DNA of 64,000 bases, taken from positions 170,157,613 to 170,221,612 of the forward strand of contig NC_092376.1 in the NCBI RefSeq assembly GCF_030028105.1. The letters run 5' to 3'. Each line of letters begins with the position of its first letter. Position 1 is the stretch's first letter. A model generated the notes under the pieces. It was not told the origin of the DNA. It saw nothing but the letters and a program-made list of their open reading frames with translations, and searched no databases. The stretch comes from Mobula birostris (taxonomy: Eukaryota). The translations under genes and the position numbers were made by a program. Shown here piece after piece: positions 58,901-64,000 of this stretch.

Positions 58901-61900
58901 GGGCTGAGAAGAGCAAGAAGGGGGCATGAGAAGGCCTTGGTGAGTAGAGTAAAGGAAAACCCCAAGGCATTCTTCAATTATGTGAAGAGAAAAAGGATGA
59001 CAGGAGTGAAAGTAGGGCCGATTAGAGATAAAAATGGGAAGATGTGCCTGGAGGCTGTGGTAGTGAACGAGGTCCTCAATGAATACTTCTCTTCAGTATT
59101 CACCAATGAGAGGAAACTTGATGATGGTGAGGACAATATGAGTGAGGTTGATGTTCTGGAGCATGCTGATATTAAGGGAGAGGAGGTGTTGGAGTTGTTA
59201 AAATACATTAGGACAGATAAGTCCCCGGGGCCTGACAGAATATTCCCCAGGCTGCTCCACGAGGTGAGAGAAGAGATTGCTGAGCCTCTGACTAGGATCT
59301 TTATGTCCTTGTTGTCCATGGGAATGGTACCAGAGGATTGGAGAGAGGTGAATCTTGTTCCCTTGTTCAAAAAAAGTAGTAGGGATAACCCGGGTAATTA
59401 TAGACCAGTAAGCCTTACGTCTGTGGTGGGAAAGCTGTTGGAAAAGATTCTTAGAGATAAGATCTATAGGCATTTAGAGAATCATGGTCTGATCAGGGAC
59501 AGTCAGCATGGCTTTGTGGAGGGCAGATCGTGTCTAACAAGCCTGATAGAGTTCTTTGAGGAGGTGACCAGGCATATATATGAGGGTAGTGCAGTGGATG
59601 TGATCTATATGGATTTTAGTAAGGCATTTGACAAGGTTCCACAGGGTAGGCTTATTCAGAAAGTTAGAAGGCATGGGATCCAGGGAAGTTTGGCCAGGTG
59701 GATTCAGAGTCGGCTTGCCTGCAGAAGGCAGAGGGTGGTGGTGGAGGGAGTACATTCAGATTGAAGGATTGTGACTAGTGGTGTCCCACAAGGATCTGTT
59801 CTGGGACCTCTACTTTTCGTGATTTTTATTAATGACCTGGATGTGGGGGTAGAAGGGTGGGTTGGCAAGTTTGCAGACGACACAAAGGTTGGTGGTGTTG
59901 TAGATAGTGTAGAGGATTGTCAAAGATTGCAGAGAGACATTGATAGGATGCAGAAGTGGGCTGAGAAGTGGCAGATGGAGTTCAACCCAGAGAAATGTGA
60001 GGTGGTACACTTTGGAAGGACAAACTCCAAGGCAGAGTACAAAGTAAATGGCAGGATACTTGGTAGTGTGGAGGAGCAGAGGGATCTGGGGGTACATGTC
60101 CACAGATCCCTGAAAGTTACCTCACAGGTGGATAGGGTAGTTAAGAAAGCTTATGGGGTGTTAGCTCTCATAAGTTGAGGGATAGAGTTTAAGAGTCGCG
60201 ATGTAATGATGAAGCTCTATAAAACCCTGGTTGGGCCACACTTGGAGTATTGTGTCCAGTTCTGGTCACCTCACTATAGGAAGGATGTGGAAGCATTGGA
60301 AAGGGTACAGAGGAGATTTACCAGGATGCTGCCTGGTTTAGAAAGTATGCATTATGATCAGAGATTAAGGGAGCTAGGGCTTTACTCTTTGGAGAGAAGG
60401 AGGATCAGAGGAGACATGATAGAGGTGTACAAGATAATAAGAGGAATAGATAGAGTGGATAGCTGGCGCCTCTTCCCCAGGGCACCACTGCTTAATACAA
60501 GAGGACATGGCTTTAAGGTAAGGGGTGGGAAGTTCAAGGGGGATATTAGAGGAAGGTTTTTCACTCAGAGAGTGGTTGGTGCGTGGAATGCACTGCCTGA
60601 GTCAGTGGTGGAGGCAGATACACTAGTGGTTTAAGAGACTACTAGACAGGTATATGGAGGAATCTAAGGTGGGGGCTTATATGGGAGGCAGGGTTTGAGG
60701 GTCGGCACAACATTGTGGGCCGAAGGGCCTGTACTGTGCTGTACTATTCTATGTTCTATGCTCTTTCAATATCTAGAAATACACATACCATTACTTCTCT
60801 ATTTTAAATGCTTTTTTAATATCATGATCTACAAACGTAAAAGGGCAACAGATTCCATTGTTGATCTTCCAGTTCTAAAACCATTTTTGATCGGCAGCAA
60901 AATGTCCCTTATTTTCCAAAAAATAAACAAGTCTGTTGGTGACCATTCGTTCCATAATTTTACAAAGCCCTGACGTTAAAGCTACAGGCCAATACGAACT
61001 AGGACTAGACATGTCCTTTCCTGGCTTTAAAACTGGAACTACCACCTCATGCTTCTGTTTTACTGGTAATTTTCTTTCTTTCCACACTGAATTAAACAAT
61101 GCTAGAATTTCTATTAATACAGAGTCATCTAAGTGCTTAAGCAATTCATAACACAGTCCATCCCTACCAGGAGAAGAGTTTGAACCTGAATGGACAGCTT
61201 CCTGCAATTCCTGAAGGGAGAAAAACAAATTCATGGACCTATTATCATCCAAACTCCTGTCGAATTTCCAACTTTCCTTTAACATAATTTCCCTTCTCAA
61301 ATCACCTAACTCTCCAGAACTGTGTAACGCTTGGAACACCTCTACAAACATAATCTGCCTTTTCCTTATTGGTTACAGCTTCAATATCTCCTTCCAGCAA
61401 AGGTGGGATAGGTGGTCTCCTATATATCCCTGACATTCTGTGAATGATCGTCCATACCTGCTTTATAGGTGTCTCAGGGCTCAGGGTTCCACGAAACCTT
61501 CTCCAACTATCCCTCTCTGCATTTTTAATTACTCTCCTTGCTACTGCTCTTTCCTTTTTATACTCCATAACATTATCTAACACTGGGTATTTCCTTATTT
61601 TCCTGTAAACTCTATTTCTGTTTCTTACTGCTATATCACAATTTTTATTCCACCACGGAACTAGTGGTCGACCCTTAGGAACATTCTGTAGCGGAATAGT
61701 CAACTGAGCAACTTTATGAATTATAGAACCAAGGGATTCATTCCAATCGTCTATGGAGCACTCGCTATTAATTTCTTCTGTGATATCCACAGCTTTCTCC
61801 TGGTACTCATCCCAATGAGCCAAAGAATAATTATACCTAACAGACCTCTCCTCAACTTCTACTATCAAATTTCTACCAAATCTACATAATATTGGATAGT

Positions 61901-64000
61901 GATCACTTCCTAGTGTGTATCTGTCCATAACAACCCATTCCCCAACCCTAGCTAAGTTTGAAGAAGTGATAGATAAGTCTAATTGACTACAAGTACTCTT
62001 TACAATATTAAATCTTGTAGGCCTTCCGTCATTTAGCAGTACTATGTTGTATTTATCTAGAAACTCCTCTACTACCGCTCCATTATTATCTTTACTTTCA
62101 TTACCCCATATAGGATTATGGGCATTGAAATCTCCAACCCAGATTACTGGGGATTTTACCTTACTCATAATTTCATCCAAATCTGATAACATCATATTAC
62201 CTAGTTTATAAAAGTTAATCAAAGTTATTTGACCACGAGAGCGCCAAACCTCCACAGTCATAATTTCAAGGTGAGATTTAAAATCAAGTCTTCTAAACTG
62301 GAGTCCTGTTTTTATGAAAGTTGCACAACGTCCACCAGATTTACCCATTCTGTCAGCTCTCAAACTATCATATCCAGGGATCACAAAATCGAAATGAGGC
62401 TTCAACCATGTCTCCTCTACACAGATTAAATCAGGCTTGTCTTTAAAAGTGCCAACAAATCTTTTTAATTCTTAACTCTTTAATTCTTTAATTGCAGATA
62501 AAATTCTTGCATTCCATTGTAATATTAAAAACATCCAAATGCTAATTATTGGCCTCTTCATCCACATAAAGCTCCTCCGTACTCTCTGATCCCGACAACT
62601 GGGAAGTATTCAATGATTGTTTGTCTGTCATATACTCATGTAATTTTTCCGGCAAAATCTGTTTTATATGAAGGAATCTCTCTGCAGCTCCAACAACTAC
62701 TTTTATCATATCCGACCTCTTGACTGTAGTTTTAGCCCTGACCAGTACATCAAAAACAAACGCCAAAAAAGACTCTTTCGTCATCAACAATATGACTGAA
62801 GGAACCATAGCTGGATAACTAGGAATGAACTGACTCCCCATCATTCCAATCTTTTCTTTACTTATCCTTTGCTCTCTATCAACTTTCTTTGCTGCCTCAG
62901 CATATGATATCTTTTGTTGGATTCTAACATCCTGAATCTGCTTTGCGTTACTAAAATACTCACATCCTCTGAACGCCGCTATACGGTCCCCTCCACAGTT
63001 ACTGCATTTAGGCACCTCTGCCTTACCTACTTTAATATCATGATCCTCTCCACATTTCATACATCTTCTTATACCTCGACATGAACCAGCAACATGTCCA
63101 AATCTCTGGCAATTATAACAGCGTGAGGAAGGTCTAATGTATTCTCTAACTTGATAAGACATGCACCCAAGATAGACTCTAGTTGGAAGAACATCGCCTG
63201 CAAAAGCCAGAAGAACAGGAGAATCCCAGTTACAACTTCTCTCGATTTTAATCGTTTGGCTTCAATCACTCGACCACCTTTAATATTGTCCAAAATTGCC
63301 TTTTCAGTCATGCCAGACCAAAGACCATGCACTACCCCCTTAACTCCCTTCCTTTCTTTCAGAGTAATACACTCCACTTTCACAACCAATTTTCCCAACG
63401 TTTTAGCACTGTTATATTGGTCAATATCTTTGCAACAAATTTTCAGCAATCCATTAGACAAAATCTTGGCCTGGAATCCTTTACCTATTTGGTTCTCGAA
63501 CGCTGCTGCCACTTTCAAAGGATTAAGGGCTCTAAATCCTCCTTCCTCTTCCTTCTGACCTTTACTTTTATACAGAACTATAAATTCCTCCAATTCACCC
63601 ATTTTCCTCAATTTGTTGTCCCCCATTACTTCAGGTCTTTCACTTGATGCACCCCTTCTTTGTCTACCCTTACTTCTGGAGTATTCCACAGTCTCCCACC
63701 CTCCTCCTTCAATCTCAACACCCCCTCCCTTTAGCAGCCATAGGCTACAAACTAACCCTTTCCAAACTGCTAGGCTCCTCCACACCACAGTCCCCACCCA
63801 CTCAATCAGTGGCCCCAACTGCCATTGAGGATCCTGCTGGCAGTTGAATCTGCGGAAGCCGTTTTATCTCATTAAATCTCACCTGCCATCTTTCAGCCCA
63901 TTTTCCCAGCTGATTTCTATACCACTGCAAGCTTTGGTGGCCTTCCTTGTTGCCCACTACCAATTTCGCACACTCATGCAACTTCTGACTGAGGAAATTC
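55985..64000 (-). mobile_element. Second Nimb/I-group LINE (distinct subfamily), split by a CR1 at 57968-60758
   Basis: ORF1 CYNCQRFGHVAGSC and CMKCGEDH. APE motifs WVGDFNAH and LGSDHYPI. RT motifs TPQGSVISP and LFADDGAIW. RNase H motif WIPGHAGVEGNEIVD. Removing the CR1 rejoins DIERA|YDSL. Confidence 0.88.
57968..60758 (+). mobile_element. CR1 LINE with an internal deletion of most of the esterase and endonuclease
   Basis: 5' UTR and ORF1 start match 44450-44920, then jump at ~58490 to sequence matching ~46230. A 419-aa open ORF2 segment follows; stops at 59762 and 60176; ttctatgttctatg tail. Confidence 0.92.

Overview
Vertebrate genomic DNA, most likely from a cartilaginous fish (ray/shark-type CR1, Rex/Babar and Penelope repeats; this is an inference). 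Roughly three quarters of the window is transposon-derived: CR1 LINEs, two Nimb/I-group LINEs with RNase H, Rex/Babar LINEs, two Gypsy LTR elements, solo LTRs, Penelope-like fragments, a tRNA SINE and a Tc1-type MITE, often nested. One host gene runs on the minus strand. I assembled it by hand from GT-AG, phase-1 exons: leader (53704-53791), eight immunoglobulin-domain exons and a transmembrane exon (6544-6651). These splice into an uninterrupted frame of 2620 nt (at least 873 aa). The ectodomain is (V-C2-V-C2) x 2, an internal tandem duplication of the four-domain layout known from the CD4/LAG-3/G6F-like family. Both unit-leading V domains lack the canonical Ig disulfide. The cytoplasmic exon(s) could not be assigned with confidence. 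No database searches were run, so family names come from motif recognition only.
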